DNA of 64,000 bases, from assembly GCA_015680685.1 (NCBI GenBank), contig MNCI01000808.1, positions 767,229-831,228 on the forward strand, read 5' to 3'. The DNA comes from Gnetum montanum. Lineage: Eukaryota; Plantae; Gnetophyta. Within the stretch, counting starts at the first letter, position 1; each line of letters begins with the position of its first letter. Position numbers and translations under genes: made by a program. The notes below the pieces were generated by a model. The model was not told where the DNA came from. It saw only the letters and a list, made by a program, of their open reading frames with translations, and ran no database searches. Positions 27,021 through 40,520 of this stretch are shown piece by piece.

Positions 27021-28467
27021 AAGTAGAATTAGTAAATGTTTTTCTTTTTCTATGGTCTTACAATTTTTTTTTCTAATTTTTTATCTTTCAATTTATTGTT
27101 TTATGTTTTTGAGGGTGACCTCATCTATGAATAAAATACTCATGTGACCTATCAGTTGAGGTGTTGTTCTATGCTATCGATTCACAAGGGACTAATTATT
27201 TGAACAGTGAGCCCACAACATCCACCCACCCATTCTATTAATAAGAGGTTCTACTTTGGGTATGATGATATTCTTGTTTTCATTAAAACTTAAAGTAACT
27301 TTGTACTCATTATGCCCAGTGCAAAGAGTGATGAAATAAGAGGGAATTAAAAGGGTGTGACATCAAGGGGACCTATGGATTATCTTTGGTGAGATCTGTA
27401 GGTGCTATCATCCAACTTGGTTGTACTAAGATCCTTGTAGATCTAACAAAAAATGGGAGTAAGAGTTGTGATAAAGGCACTCAATAAATGAACTCGATGT
27501 TGTTCTAGGGAATCCTACTAGAAAGACATTCACCCATGCCTAAAGGTTAGTGGCTTCTTTAGATCACTTTTGGAAAGACAAAGTGAAAAAAGTGGCTGGA
27601 AGAAGAAAAAGATAAGAAAAAAAAAGAAGGGAAAAAGAAAAGCAAGAGGAAAAATAAGAAATGAAGCAGAAAAGAAAAGACTAAGAAAAAATGTGCCACA
27701 AAAAAATTTGAATCACTCCTCCCTTGCGCAAAATGCCAAGTGATCATATGCCTTGCTGTCATGATGCTCTTATAGTTGTCTACCATTGGGATGAAAAAAT
27801 GCGATGTCATTAATCAGAGGTATGGACTTGGTTTTGATCTTGGAGCGAAAGGCTAATGGTACTTTCATCATACACAACACTTAAGATTCATTGTGCCCAA
27901 GGTAATTTACCTCATGTTCCAATCTTTGTAATCCATTCTATGATTCGTCTCATCTCACAGTCCAAGTACTTCTAACTTGTGTCTTCTGTAGCATAGAATT
28001 CATACCTCATAACAATGGTGCTTAACATATGTGTGTTTTTTTGCACAGGTGCAGATTGCATTTAACCCTTCTAGTACCTATAGACATTTTAATATGTGGT
28101 TATGCAAGGGCATTATAAGTTAGAACCTGCTTTGGGGAGGACCAACTTATGTGACTTTTGTAATTTGTACTTGTTACACACCACCACATCATTTTATATC
28201 CTTCAAGTACTCCCTTGCCAAATCTATTTTTTTCTTTTGTCATTATTTTATTGAATGTTCCTTAGAACCATTACATGTCCTTTTATTTGTCATCTAAATA
28301 GATTAGGTTTGACATTAAACTTTTAGGGCAACTTCCTTGAAAAATCTCTAACTCTAGAATCATACTAAGTAATGAATTAAACATTTATTAAAGGAAATGG
28401 GTAAGGTATAAGATAACCAAATTTCTTTAAACAACCTTACTAATAATTGGTCCTTGTGTGATTACAA

Positions 28468-28904
28468 ATGACCCCTAAAAGAGGACAGTAAGGAGGACTT
28501 TCTCAAGGTGTAGCTAAATGCCCGAGAGGAGGCAGAGGCCAAGGACCTCATGTAGAACATGTAGAGAAGGAGGCACAATCATTTAGCATCCTTTAGGAAA
28601 TTGCTGTCATTGCACAATCTGGCCAAGTAAAAGGTGAGAGGTCAAGGCTAGAGCCTATGAAGAGGAACGACAGTTATTTGCAGCATGGTACATCAAAGCT
28701 AATCAATTGTTCTTGCAACTACAATGTCCATGGGAAGTGCTGACTCCATCAAACATTGGAACATTAGCATGGAAAGCTCATGATCCTTGTATAGAAGAGG
28801 AGAAACTTCAAGTGCTTCTTCAACATTATCAATCTAAGAAGCTTGGAGTGCAGGACAAAGGAAAGGCACCCATGGAGGAGCCACCACCACTAGGAACCAC
28901 GTGA
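28468..28904 (+). pseudogene. Short decayed extra 3' ORF of element B (MTPKRG...DKGKAPMEEPPPLGTT*)
   Basis: Lies just upstream of the PPT; same start context and C-terminus as the element A extra ORF. Confidence 0.55.
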
Positions 28905-30559
28905 GTTCCCCAAGTTTTGTATTTGTATTTGTGTTCAAATTTTGTTTAATCCCACATTGCGGCATGCAATAGTCCATGGTCATTCAATAATCCCATACCT
29001 ATCCACTGTTTGTAATCAAATGAATTAGTTCCTCACTTTTTTTTACTCAAGGATGATTTTTTATTCAGTTGTGGGGGTATGATGAATCACAATTTGCTAA
29101 GCCCCAATATCGAGTATAAGATATCGAGTACAAGATATTAGGTACCCAATATCTCAACCTGGATATGATATCATATACATGATATTGTGATTTATGTGTT
29201 GGCCTATAAATATAGCACTCAGGCACATGGGGAGGAGTCTTTTGGTTGGTAAGTCTTAGGGTAGAGTCTTTTTGTCAGTTTTTAGTCAATTTTCAATTCC
29301 TTTACCCAGTGCATACCCATAGTGTGATGCTTGTAATCATACGGAACCTTTATTCAAGTGTGTTGTACTTGGACATGCACATGATTAGCAATAAAGATCA
29401 AGATTACTCCATCATTGCAGTATCCAATAAGTTTTTAATTGTTTAATTATTATTGTTTTCTTCATTAATATTTATTTATTATCATTTATTATTCCTGTTA
29501 TTAAATCTAGAATGAGTACACCTTAATCATGAAAATTTAAGTGTAACTACTTGGTAATTGAGTAGCGTATCTAGGAGTGCTCAAGTAATATGTACTTGGT
29601 AATCCTAGAAGTAGTACACAAGGTCCAAGATGCACACAGATGATTAAGGATGGATGCTCATTACACTTAGGTTAGTTTAGGCTTGTGGTGTTGGAGCAAT
29701 TGCATGAAGACCTCGAGAATAGCATTGCACATTTCCCTAAGGCCTATAAGAGATATGTAGCAAATAGAAGCATATATAGCTAGTGTGCTAGCCCATCTCT
29801 TAATGATCTAAACTTAGACCCATAACCTAGAGCTCTTACGATGAATGAGTCATATAGGCGAAGTAAGTGTTTTTAATTTGTTCATTTTATGCTCACATTT
29901 TTTAGTTATACAGTTATTAGGTTTTTTTTGTCTTTGTGGTTTATGTAATTATATTTTTCGTAATTTGTTACACCTACATGAAGGATAATAGGCTACCTTT
30001 TGCTATTTTGCAATAGTCACTCCATCAACCAAAGTTACAATTATCACTTTAAGCTTTAAGGAGGAGACCTTGATCCTTAAGTTTGGTGAGGTGGGATCCT
30101 CACGAGACTGGTTATCAGATTAGGCACCTGATGCTATATTTGCAAGGGTCATCCATGTGGGCTTGTTTGATGTCTTCATGGTCCCAAGCCCAATTTTTTC
30201 CACTCTAGAAATGTTAAACATCTATAACTCCTTTAACCAAAGAGTTTGGATTTTCATCATTTGTGTTCATGGAGTGACTATTCTTTTGGACATTAATGCA
30301 TCCACATTTAGTGACCTCTTTGGTCTCTTGAATGATGGCATGTCAGTTATTGTTAAATAAAGGAAACATGTGGATTACTAGGAAGAAGTGGAAGAGTGGT
30401 TAGATCAAGTTTTAAGCAATAAATAAATCTCAAGGATCCAATCATGCCTCTATAAAAGGAGGCCTCAACAAATGGATTATTTTATTTTCATTTTAGTTTA
30501 CTATGTGGAGAGAGAGAAGTGGATGTTTTTATTATATTCTTCAAGCCATATTTTTCAAC

Positions 30560-32535
30560 TATGACTTTAGAAAATTTAAGTTAACATATCCTTCATCTTA
30601 GTCTACTTTATTCTCTAGAAAATATTTTAGGACTTTAAGGTCCTTCATCTCAAACTTATTTTGGTCATTTCTAAAGTCTAATTAATTTGTAAAAACTTAA
30701 TAAGGAGACTACATCATCAACATAAAAGAAAATCATGATTACATGAGCATAAACATGTTTGAAATAAAGAGTAGACTCAAACATACAAGCCTTATAATCA
30801 TTTCTAAGGATGAGTCTATTGATTATATGAAACCAAAATCTTGATACTTGCATGAGACCAAAGAGGGCTTTGTGCAACTTGCAAACATTATACTCTTACT
30901 CTTAAAATTCAAATCATTTAGGTTAGAAAATATAGACTTTCTTTTCAAGAACATTATTCAAAAATGGATAATTTACATTCATTTGATATAATTTTACATT
31001 GAGACAAGCAACAATAGATGTTATAAACTTATTTATTTTAAATCTAACAATAAGAAAAAAAAATGTCCTACTAATCTATATGCTTTCATTACTTAAATAT
31101 ATTTGCAACCCTCCATTCTTTATGTGCAATAACATTTTAACTTTCATTAGTTTTATTTTTAAATATCCATTTTGTGTAAGTTACTTTCTTCTTTTTTGGG
31201 TTATCTACCAAAGACCAAGTGTTATTTTTAATTATAACATCATATTCATTCCTAATAGCATTCTTCCATACCTAATATTGTAGGTCTTATTGGATATTTG
31301 ATAGCTAATGATGAAGTTTTGCATAATCTAAATTTCTTGTGGATTGACTCCTTATAAATATTCTCCTAAAGTTTATGTCTAGCATTTATGAAGAATGATG
31401 ATCTAGTTAATCCTTGGAATTGATGTAAGCTACTTATTCCCTTGAATCTTCTCTTATATTTTGTTTTCTTGGTTGTATGAGAAGAAAAACCTTAAGGTCT
31501 ACTCATCAAAAATCATAATTCTTGAAGAATACCATCTATTTTCAATTTTTTATAATCCTTTTACCCATTATATCTTGCATCATAAAAAAAAGGACACACT
31601 TCCTACCTATATTATCCCTTTTTTCCTCAAGTTCATTTGGAATTTTTACATAACAAACATAACTAAAAACTATAAAATTAGAGAGAATGGAAACGTTTCC
31701 ATACAAAAACCTATAGAAGGTTTTATCATCCTTAGGAAAAGTGATCAACCTATTCAAAATGTAGCTAGGCATCATTACAAACTTATTCCAAATTACATTA
31801 GGAATATTAGCGTTCTTTAAAAGATACATGTTCATTTTTTGTAAAATATCATTTTTTCTCTTAGTAATGTCATTTCTTTGAGGTTCATTTCCATAAGTAG
31901 TTTGTTTACCAATACCATGAATTTTACAAAGTGCATAAAAATCATTATTCATTAACTCATCCCCTTTATCACTTATAATGCTTTTAATTTTCTATCTAAT
32001 TCTATTTTTACTAACTTGAAATTTTGAGAAGCTCTAAATCATTCATCTTTAGCATGTAAAATATATATCCATGTATATCTAGAGAAATCATAAACTATCA
32101 TAAGAAAATATTAACCTCCATTTGTTCAAATATTAAGTAGTAGTCCCATAACATCTATTTGTAAAAACTCCAATGGGTTCAACATTCATTTATTGTGCTT
32201 GGAATGTGGTAGTACATTTTACTTCCCAAACATGCATGCTTCACACACTTCTTATGGAACTTCTTGAAATTTCATCTCAATGGTAGCCTAATTATTTATC
32301 AAAATTTGAAGATCTAACTAAGAGAAATTCCCAAAGCCTAGTAATAACATAATTTGAAGAACTGGAACTTTTTTCTTTTGAATGTACAGCTCCAAGATAA
32401 TAGATTTGATTTTCTATCATGGGGATATTGGAAATAATGTCAAATGCATTGGAAAGTACACATTCATTATTTTCAAATGCAACCCTATTATCTTTATTAG
32501 ACACTTGGCCAATAGAGATAAGGGATTTAGATAAT
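30560..32535 (-). pseudogene. pol: Ty1/copia pol remnant (pre-integrase, integrase, RT)
   Basis: HKALFGLMQVSRFW..ESTLYFK..FYVDD (copia RT) and CKIHGIGKQTT...PQRNDITKRKN (integrase). INT lies before RT on the minus strand. Cut at 32535 by the LTR of element E. Confidence 0.88.
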
Positions 32536-34394
32536 TATAACACCCTGCTTCCTAAGCCTTAGGTTGAAGAGCATTACATTGGGTAAAACCTCTAAGAAAA
32601 TGATTAGTCATGCAAAAGTAAAAAATGAAATGAAGAAACTACATAGAAAAAGGAAATAAAAATGAACCTATTATGAAGCTATGACCCAAATAAAGAAAAT
32701 AAATGACAAAAAATAATAGTGGAGGAGAGAGAAGTGCATAAATATAAAATTATCAAATAGATATAAAATTAGATAAGATACATGTAAACTTCCATAATAA
32801 ATGTAAATTTTGGAAACTGAAATATCTAACTAAAAAGAGATAAACATATATATTGAAAATATGAATCTTTGTAAATATAAACATCATAACTTCAAGGATC
32901 TAAACAATACAAATATTGATAAACCCAAACTAAGAAAGAGAGAGATAACGTCTACAGGCTAGTAAAATGCCAAAAACACAAACACACAAGGCTCTAATTG
33001 GGAATCTAACATCATCATAATAGAAATACTCAACAAATCATCCAAATTACCATCTCCTCCCAATATGATCAATTTGAAAAGAAAATGATTTATTAGTATA
33101 GAACTATGTGAGAAACCTTGGTACCATCTCTAGTCACTTAATAGATAGGTCTTATTTAAGTTAAAAGAAGCATGATTGATTTGCAAAACATGTTAACTTA
33201 AAACCAATGAAGCAAGAATACAAATAGAAAGCCAAATATTCATCAATTAATAATACCAAAACTAAAATTTATCAATTCCAACCATTACCACAAAAATGGG
33301 ACTAGCATGTACCACACTTAGTGTCAAATATGTATGATATTATCATGTGTACTTGTAAAATTCCAAAACTGATATGTACCCAAATCAAATATCAAATTAC
33401 CATGCACATGGATTTGTTATTAGGCTTAAATAGAATGTGAATCATCATTAAAGACTCACTTCTAGTGTTCTCCAAACATACCAGTGCTAGGAGTTCCATT
33501 TAGGCCATTAACTCTAACATCTTGGAGGTACAAAATAGGACCAATAAGCCATGGATTTACCCTCTCACATAGGATGGGACCTACAACTAAAGCCACATTA
33601 ATGCATCCTAGTGAGAATCATTTATAAAACCTTCTTTAGGAAGTCCATCTCTAACCAGCCATATCACTTGGGCCTAACTCCATCATTTAAACAAATAGAA
33701 AACATACAAACATGACATACAACTAATGGTGGAGGAAAACAACAAAAATAAACCATTCATCTCATCAAGATATTCATCAATAAAAGGGATCCTCATAAGA
33801 ATACTAGTCTAAGGAATCATATCATACCACTAGATCCAACCAACACATGGGAATTCTAGCATCACAAAGAACCAAACCCAACATCCAAGAAATCTCACAT
33901 ACCTCTTCCACATTCCAAGATGCTAACAAAGTCCAAGGAAAAAAATGATTATAAATTTTAACAAATAAATAGTGCCATATAAATGGAAAGACTAAAGTTA
34001 CTAACACCCAAGAATCAAACATGAGTTAATAATCAACCATGAATTATTCATATAATAAGATGAGATATCATAACTTAAAACCCAATGAGATAAGTATCAA
34101 GACTCATAAGGAAGGAAACTTGAATCAAGGATCTAGATATATTAGCAAATGTTCAAGGTGAAAATCCAAAACAATCACATGAAAAAGAGCATAATTAACC
34201 AAGGTTCAAACTAAGTGACCAACATTTAAGAAAGGGAAACATACCCCACAATTAATGATTGAAAGAAACAATTTAAATTCAACAAATAAGGATGATTTGA
34301 TAGGATTTTAAGAAGCATAGAAACTAAGAAATCCAATTTTCAAACCAAATCAATGGATCAAACTTCATAAAATCCAAGCTTATGGTAGAGCTAG

Positions 34395-34820
34395 ACTTGT
34401 ATGGGAGACATCTTGGAAAAACTAGAGATGTATTTGGTGACTATGAGGCATTTTTAAGGAGACACACTAATGAAGATGAGGCATTATAGGAAAATGAAAC
34501 ACGTCTATGAAAAATTTAAGGCATGTCTAGGAAGACATATTTGATGAATATGAGACATGTTAGGCAAATGAGAGACTATTTTGGTAAATTTCAAGCATTT
34601 TTGGGGAGATGTCTTAGGTAAATAAAAGACATCTATAGCTTAGATTAAGACATCTTAGGAGAGACATTTCTAAATAGGGTAATATATCTTAGCTACAAAG
34701 GAGACATAGCTACCATTATGGAGACATCCCTATAGGGACATCCCAAGACAAGAGGAGACATCTTGTCTAAGACTAGAATGTTTGGCTAAACGTTTTGACA
34801 TATGGAAGGGATGTCTTGTA
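34395..34820. repeat. Degenerate array of GAGACATC/GATGTC motifs in the LTR of E
   Basis: About a dozen spaced copies (ggagacatct, gagatgtctt, aagacatct, gggacatccc), consistent with a decayed GACGTC palindrome. Confidence 0.65.
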
Positions 34821-34957
34821 GAGGTTGGAGTCATTTCATTCAAGTAGAAAAAAACTAGAAATAAAAAAAAAATACGCTAAAATGATGAAAGGGGCTTAAG
34901 ACCCATAGGAAATGAATAAAAATAATAGGAATAAGGATTGACAAAGAACAAGAGCAA

Positions 34958-37650
34958 TTTGAAGCCTTGTTTATAGCTTCCCCAATGAATCTCTCATCAT
35001 TTGAGGCCACTACGCGTAACTATCCTAGGTTAGTAGACTCATCCATGTCTCACATTCTCGATGCTAATATCACTCAAGAAGAGCTTTAACATGCTTGTTT
35101 CAAACTCAGCTCTGGAAAAGCTCCTGGATATGATGGTTTCCCTGTTGAGTTTTTTCAGAGGCATTGGAATCTTGTTGGCCATGACCTTTTCCAAGTAATT
35201 AAAGAGGCTATCCATCTTGGTTCTCTTGGACCAAATTTAAATCTTGGGATTATTCGCCTCCTTCCCAAATCGGGAGACCCTACTAGTATAGCTAATTGGT
35301 GACCCATTACTCTTCTTAATGTGGTATACAAAATTTGGGCCAAATTCTTAGCCTTACATTTGAAAAAATTCCTTCAAAAAATTATATCCCCTCAACAAAC
35401 CGGATTTGTCCCAGGGCGTTATATCTTAGATAACATAGTGGCAGCTTGGGAAGGTTTGCAGTGGGCTGAGGATGATGGCCAAGACATCCTTTTGATGAAA
35501 TTGGACTATGTCAAGGCCTACGACAAAATTAAGTGGGACTTTATCCTTCAAACTATGTCAAAACTAGGTTTTGGCTCCAAGTATCTTCATATGNNNNNNN
35601 NNNNNNNNNNNNNNNNNNNNNNNNNNNNNNNNNNNNNNNNNNNNNNNNNNNNNNNNNNNNNNNNNNNNNNNNNNNNNNNNNNNNNNNNNNNNNNNNNNNN
35701 NNNNNNNNNNNNNNNNNNNNNNNNNNNNNNNNNNNNNNNNNNNNNNNNNNNNNNNNNTATCCATGGAAATTAATCCAAGACCATGAGATCATGAAGCTCT
35801 TGGGAATCCCTTTTCGATTTCGTTGTCCTACTTCTGCCCTGTGGGAGCTAGTTATCTCTCGTATTCGTAAGAAAAATGAAAAGTGGAAGACTAAGCCCCT
35901 GACCTTGGCAGGAAAATATCTTGTTTGTAAATCCATTTGTGCTTCTACCCATGTGTATTATTCCTCGTGTTGGGATCCTTCCCACACAGCCTATCAAACC
36001 TTGGAGTAGTTATTTCGAGACTTCATGTGGTCATCTAAAGATTCCCAACGAGGTTTTCATCCTGTTGCTTGGAACATTGTCACTCTTCCTAGAAACAAAG
36101 GAGGGTTAGGTCTGTTGAATTCCTACAAACAGGGAATCACCTTAATTGCTAAGTGGTTAGTGCAACATCTGGACACCTATGACATAATTGGAAATCTTCT
36201 CTAGCTAAGGCTTCATCAAAGTTTTCCTAAACATAAGCCTTTTTGGAAAAACATCCATCCTATTAATTGGATTTTCTCTCCTCATTCTATCTCCATTCCT
36301 GGTTCCCATGTTTTCAAAAGCATATGGAAGGCTTGGCAAGTTCTCCACCATCATATTAATTGGTCTAATATCCATCTTAACCCTTATCTCCTTCCCAAGC
36401 TTTACCCTTGGTGGTTACCCTTGACCCCTGCCCCTCTTGCCAGTACTCATGCACGATTAGCCATTATTTGGTACCGGAAGGGAGTGATTTCCCTTAATTG
36501 TCTTCGTCTTGCTAATCAATGGATTTCTTGGGAAGCGTTTGAAAACCTATATGGAGCTTCGAAAGAAATGTGGCTTTGCTTCCACCAGATACATACCTTT
36601 ATTCATCAATCATTACACCTAGATGGTGCTATCCAAGGTATATTTCATGGCCTCTATTGGTCTAATGGGTCAAAAAATTTTCCTTATCGGCCACATGTTC
36701 CCTTCCAATTGTTACACGATTCTTCCGAAGTCATTCTACGCTGCAATAAATCTTGGAATAAACAAGAATCAGAGGATTTTTGGATCTCTCTTTTCAACCA
36801 AATTTGGCATCTCCCGACTCTCCCCAAAATTCAACAATTCCTCTGGTGTTTTCTTCATCAAGGTCTCCCTATCGAGAAATGTTTAGCATACCTTTGTCCA
36901 TGTTTTTTGGCTTTGCCCATTTGCACAGCATGCATGGGAATGGGCTTCTAAGGTTTTTCCATCATGCACTCTTACACAAGAGGCTGTAATGTTTGGTTTC
37001 TTACCTACTAGGTCCACAAACTCTCATTTCCTATGGAAGATCCTTAGGCCCATCATCTTATATAATATTTGGAAACGTAGATGCACCACAGTTTTTCATA
37101 AGATAATTATTTTAAACTCCTTACAACTAACTACTTCAGAAAAAATGCAAATTCTTCGGCATGTTCACTTCCAAATTACAACTCAAGCCCCAAAATTCAA
37201 GATGAATGCTAACCAGTTGTTTTTCTTATTGCATCCATGGAGTCATATCGGAGAACCAAATAATCATCATCATCAAGCCTCGCTTCAGAAGAAAGTCTCC
37301 TAATTAAGCCACAATTTTCTACACCATTTGGCCTTTTTCCTCTTTCTTCCATCTTTGCTCTCACTCGACAATCCACATCCTGGAAAGGATTCACACATTT
37401 CAGCAAATGGTTGATCTCTGGACTGCATTTCCACACCCTATGGAGTGCTTAGTTAACATGTTTCCTCTATTTTAGTCTCAGTCATCACAGTTTCTCTTCC
37501 CCCTTTCCTCAATCTATATGTCTTGAAGTAGCTTATGTACTAAATTTTGTTTTCTATTAATAAAATTCTCTTTATGGGGTCCTACACCCCCCCCCCCCCG
37601 CTAACGGGGAAAAAGTAAAATTAAAAAAAAAAAAAACAAAAAAAAAAAAA
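34958..37650 (+). mobile_element. 5'-truncated L1-clade LINE (ORF2: RT plus zf-RVT-like C-terminus), pseudogenised
   Basis: GKAPGYDGFPVEFF..W, NW*PITLLNVVYKIWAK, QTGFVPGRYILDN, KLDYVKAYDKIKWDF, KLLGIP, KGGLGL, IWHLPTLPKIQQFLW. AATAAA ~37559 and poly(A) 37623-37650. The 5' boundary is approximate. Confidence 0.93.
35594..35757. other. Assembly gap (164 N)
   Basis: Run of n inside the L1 RT domain. Confidence 0.99.
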
Positions 37651-39463
37651 CCTAGAAAATTCAACATGAAAAGTTTTAAATCCAATGTTAAGATCATAAT
37701 AGAAACATTTTGAAGAGGGATTAGGACACAACTAATAAACAAACTGGAAATCATACTAATGTTGACAAGATCTTAGCATGGAAAAATTTAACTGAGCAAA
37801 AATATAAAGATGAAAGAAAATTACCAATTCTACAAATTAAGCATCATGGAAAACTAAGTCACATCGCTCTCCGATACTAAGATTTCATTGCATAAAAAAT
37901 AATTATAGCAAACCAACTTATTCCATCAATGTAAATGTATTGAATAAAAAAACCCAATCCCACAAAAATGTTGGAATAAATCTCATAAAATCCATGCCAA
38001 AAAATTACAAAATAGCGTTGTTTGAAATTACAAATTTAGCATTTAAAATACACTAAATCAACATTTAAAAAATATAAATCAATACCCATCAGCCTACAAA
38101 TAGCATCTTATCATATGGAATGATAAATAATGCACATCCTATGAATATTCACAAACCTAAAACTGTTTATGGAAAAGAATCCAAGATTACATACCTTTGA
38201 ATCTAGATGATGAAAAATTACAAGAGAGAAGAACAAATTGCAAAGATCCAAGAAATATTCATAACTAATTCACAATTTGCAAATACTTCCTCTAGCTCCA
38301 ATCTCCACAACACCTTTCTTGAAACATCAAAGTGTGTAAAGAGAGATAACTATGCAATTTTTAATGGAGTTTGTCAAAACCAAGAAATAGGAGAAAATAA
38401 ACATAAAACTAATGGAATAAATCCATAAATCCTATCCATTACACAAGAAACTACCTCTAATGTTACATAAATTCCACTCTTGGTAAATTAATCAGAAGTG
38501 CAAATACTATAAAATCACTATACCAAAATATATTCCAACATCTTCTCATAATAACAAATAAAACTTATTAATTAATTAGTAAACATGTAGTTACCAATAT
38601 CACATCATAAGTAAGGTCATAAAAAATTACAATATCTTGAAATCAAGCGAATCTTATCATGTCATTCTCATACCAATCTACATGAAATCTTACCACACTC
38701 AATAATAGGATTAGTATACATCTACTAGATGGTAATAAAATATATCTAAATATAAATATAGATAATAACATTAATATATCCAAGCATCTTAAGAAACATT
38801 ATCAAAAAATATGCCAAACTGATAACGTGCATAAAACACCCATCCAAGCATAAGAATTATAAATCTATAAAAAAATCATACCTAACAAGATACCAAAAAT
38901 ATAGGATGTTACATTTTCATCCCCTAAAGAAGTTTCCTCCAAGAAGCTCTCAAGATGAAAAGGCTCTCAAGATGAAAAGAATGTAAGTTGAATTCAAGCT
39001 TCCAAGTGTTGACACATTTAAGCCATCTTATGGAGTAGCATTTATGAACTAGCTTAGTTATATATTTATAATATATATCTATAAATTGGCTGATAGAATC
39101 TTATTAGTTTACAAGTAAAATGTTCTTTGAGTAAAAAATTTCACGAGACTTCTAGACGAAGAACAAGATTTAAAAACCCAAATTTTCATGCCTTCTGGAC
39201 GAAGAACAAGAGTTCTGTATCTTATTTTTCCTAAGGATCAAATTCTTATGTGAACCTAGTGCTAAAGCCACTCACGTTTCCATAGGAGACAGTTTAAACA
39301 TTAATTTACAAACCATATTACCGAAGCATATTTGAGAAACTAAAACATACATATGGCCAAGGGGAGCCGACCTCACGGAAAGATAGAAGCATAGAACAGA
39401 TACTTGGTGAACAGAAACACTGCACATTACCAGGTGACTCTAAAGACTAAACACCATTACACT

Positions 39464-39981
39464 TTATTTATTTAAGGCATATGGAGACATGCTACTATGA
39501 TTATTAAGCCAGGATGCGCCTTCCTGATACTGAATAGGGTATGTCGGATAAGTTGCAATACCACAAAGTCTGCAAGAATTGTAGTAATATTTTTGTTAAT
39601 TTTCATGTATCCAGACTCGCCCCACTCTGTTCCCCATGAATTTTTGGTAGTCCAGTAATCTAAACCTTCTGCGCTGTCATAACCCACAACAGTTACTGCA
39701 TGATTCAATTTATTCCCACAGTAACCTGTGAATATTCCTTGCAAACAACACGTACATGATTTAATTCCATGAAACACAATTTTATTATGTTAATGCTAAA
39801 ACATTGCCTTCATGAAAATGTATACATACTCCTCTATAGAACAACTTACAGTGAATATTCCCTAAAAAATAGCATGTACATGATTTAATTCCATGAAACA
39901 CAATTTTATTGGGTTAATGATAAAACATTGCCAGAGTTTAATTTCGTGAAAATGTATATGTACTCCTCTATAGAACAGCAA
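39464..39981 (-). pseudogene. Captured 3' fragment of a papain-like (C1A) cysteine protease gene, with intron
   Basis: LLFYRG|GT..intron..|[47 protein letters not shown] with catalytic His and Asn, then frameshifted [11 protein letters not shown]. The N-terminal half with the catalytic Cys is absent. Confidence 0.92.
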
Positions 39982-40230
39982 CATGCAGGGTCTCATTCTG
40001 GCTCACAACAATTTAAGCCTAGGTGGTGTCTTTCAGCGTCATAGTCATCCACGGGCCACCGAGTTCATGTTTCTAATCCATGGTGGGTTGGTTTTGGCGG
40101 GATTTGTGGACACAAACAACCAATTGTTCCAGAAGACTCTGAATGTAGAAGATATGTTTGTGTTCCCTCACAAACTGACGCACTTTCTGCTAAACCTTGG
40201 GCGTTTGCTGAACCTTGGGCATTACCAATG
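39980..40230 (+). pseudogene. Captured internal fragment of a germin-like protein (cupin) gene
   Basis: NMQGL...GG....HSHPRATE (germin box 1) ...GFVDTNNQLFQKTLN..DMFVFP..LTHF.LNLG (box 2). No signal peptide or C-terminus. Confidence 0.9.
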
Positions 40231-40329
40231 TCATCCATATCAGGCTGAATTCGCAGAACTTGGCACCTCCCTTCTACCATTGGTCTTGTTTAACTATTGC
40301 ACTATTTTTATATAAGGTACCCTTTCATA

Positions 40330-40520
40330 ACACGACGTAACCTTTCATTTCATAACATGTCAGTGTTATGCACAAAGTTGCATAACCAAAATGGTCTGGA
40401 ATTTTAGTTACACGTCAGCGTTGTGCACAATGTTGCGTTACCGAAATGGGCTGTGGGAAAGTCAACGTTGGTTAGCGTTACGCACAAAAAATTAGCCTTA
40501 CCGAATTATGACGGGTAATG
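40330..40520. repeat. Three imperfect ~55-60-bp subterminal repeats of the Helitron-like element
   Basis: gtcagtgttatgcacaaagttgcataaccaaaatgg / gtcagcgttgtgcacaatgttgcgttaccgaaatgg / gttagcgttacgcacaaaaaattagccttaccgaatt. Confidence 0.75.

Larger units (their letters stand above)
23516..29685 (+). mobile_element. Element B: non-autonomous (pol-less) Athila-like LTR retrotransposon; 3' LTR truncated
   Basis: 5' LTR 23516-24392 (TGATG..CATCA), PBS TGGTGTCATTGCCGAGGA (24394-24411), gag remnant, PPT GTTGTGGGGGTA (29068-29079), and 3' LTR 29080-~29685 colinear with the 5' LTR. No RT, RH or INT motifs in the 4.7-kb interior. Confidence 0.88.

Noticed and set aside
29686-30560. Possible further LTR fragment (TGTTGG at 29689, TATAAAAGG at 30451)
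   Set aside because: No partner copy, TSD, PBS or PPT could be identified in the window.
34845-34960. TSD for the L1 (AAAACTAGAAA versus AAAACCTAGAAA at 37647)
   Set aside because: Short, imperfect, A-rich and ~100 bp from the apparent 5' truncation point, so not reliable.
39464-40315. Functional host cysteine protease and germin genes
   Set aside because: Both are partial, frameshifted or splice-defective, and lie inside an insertion absent from the sister LTR.
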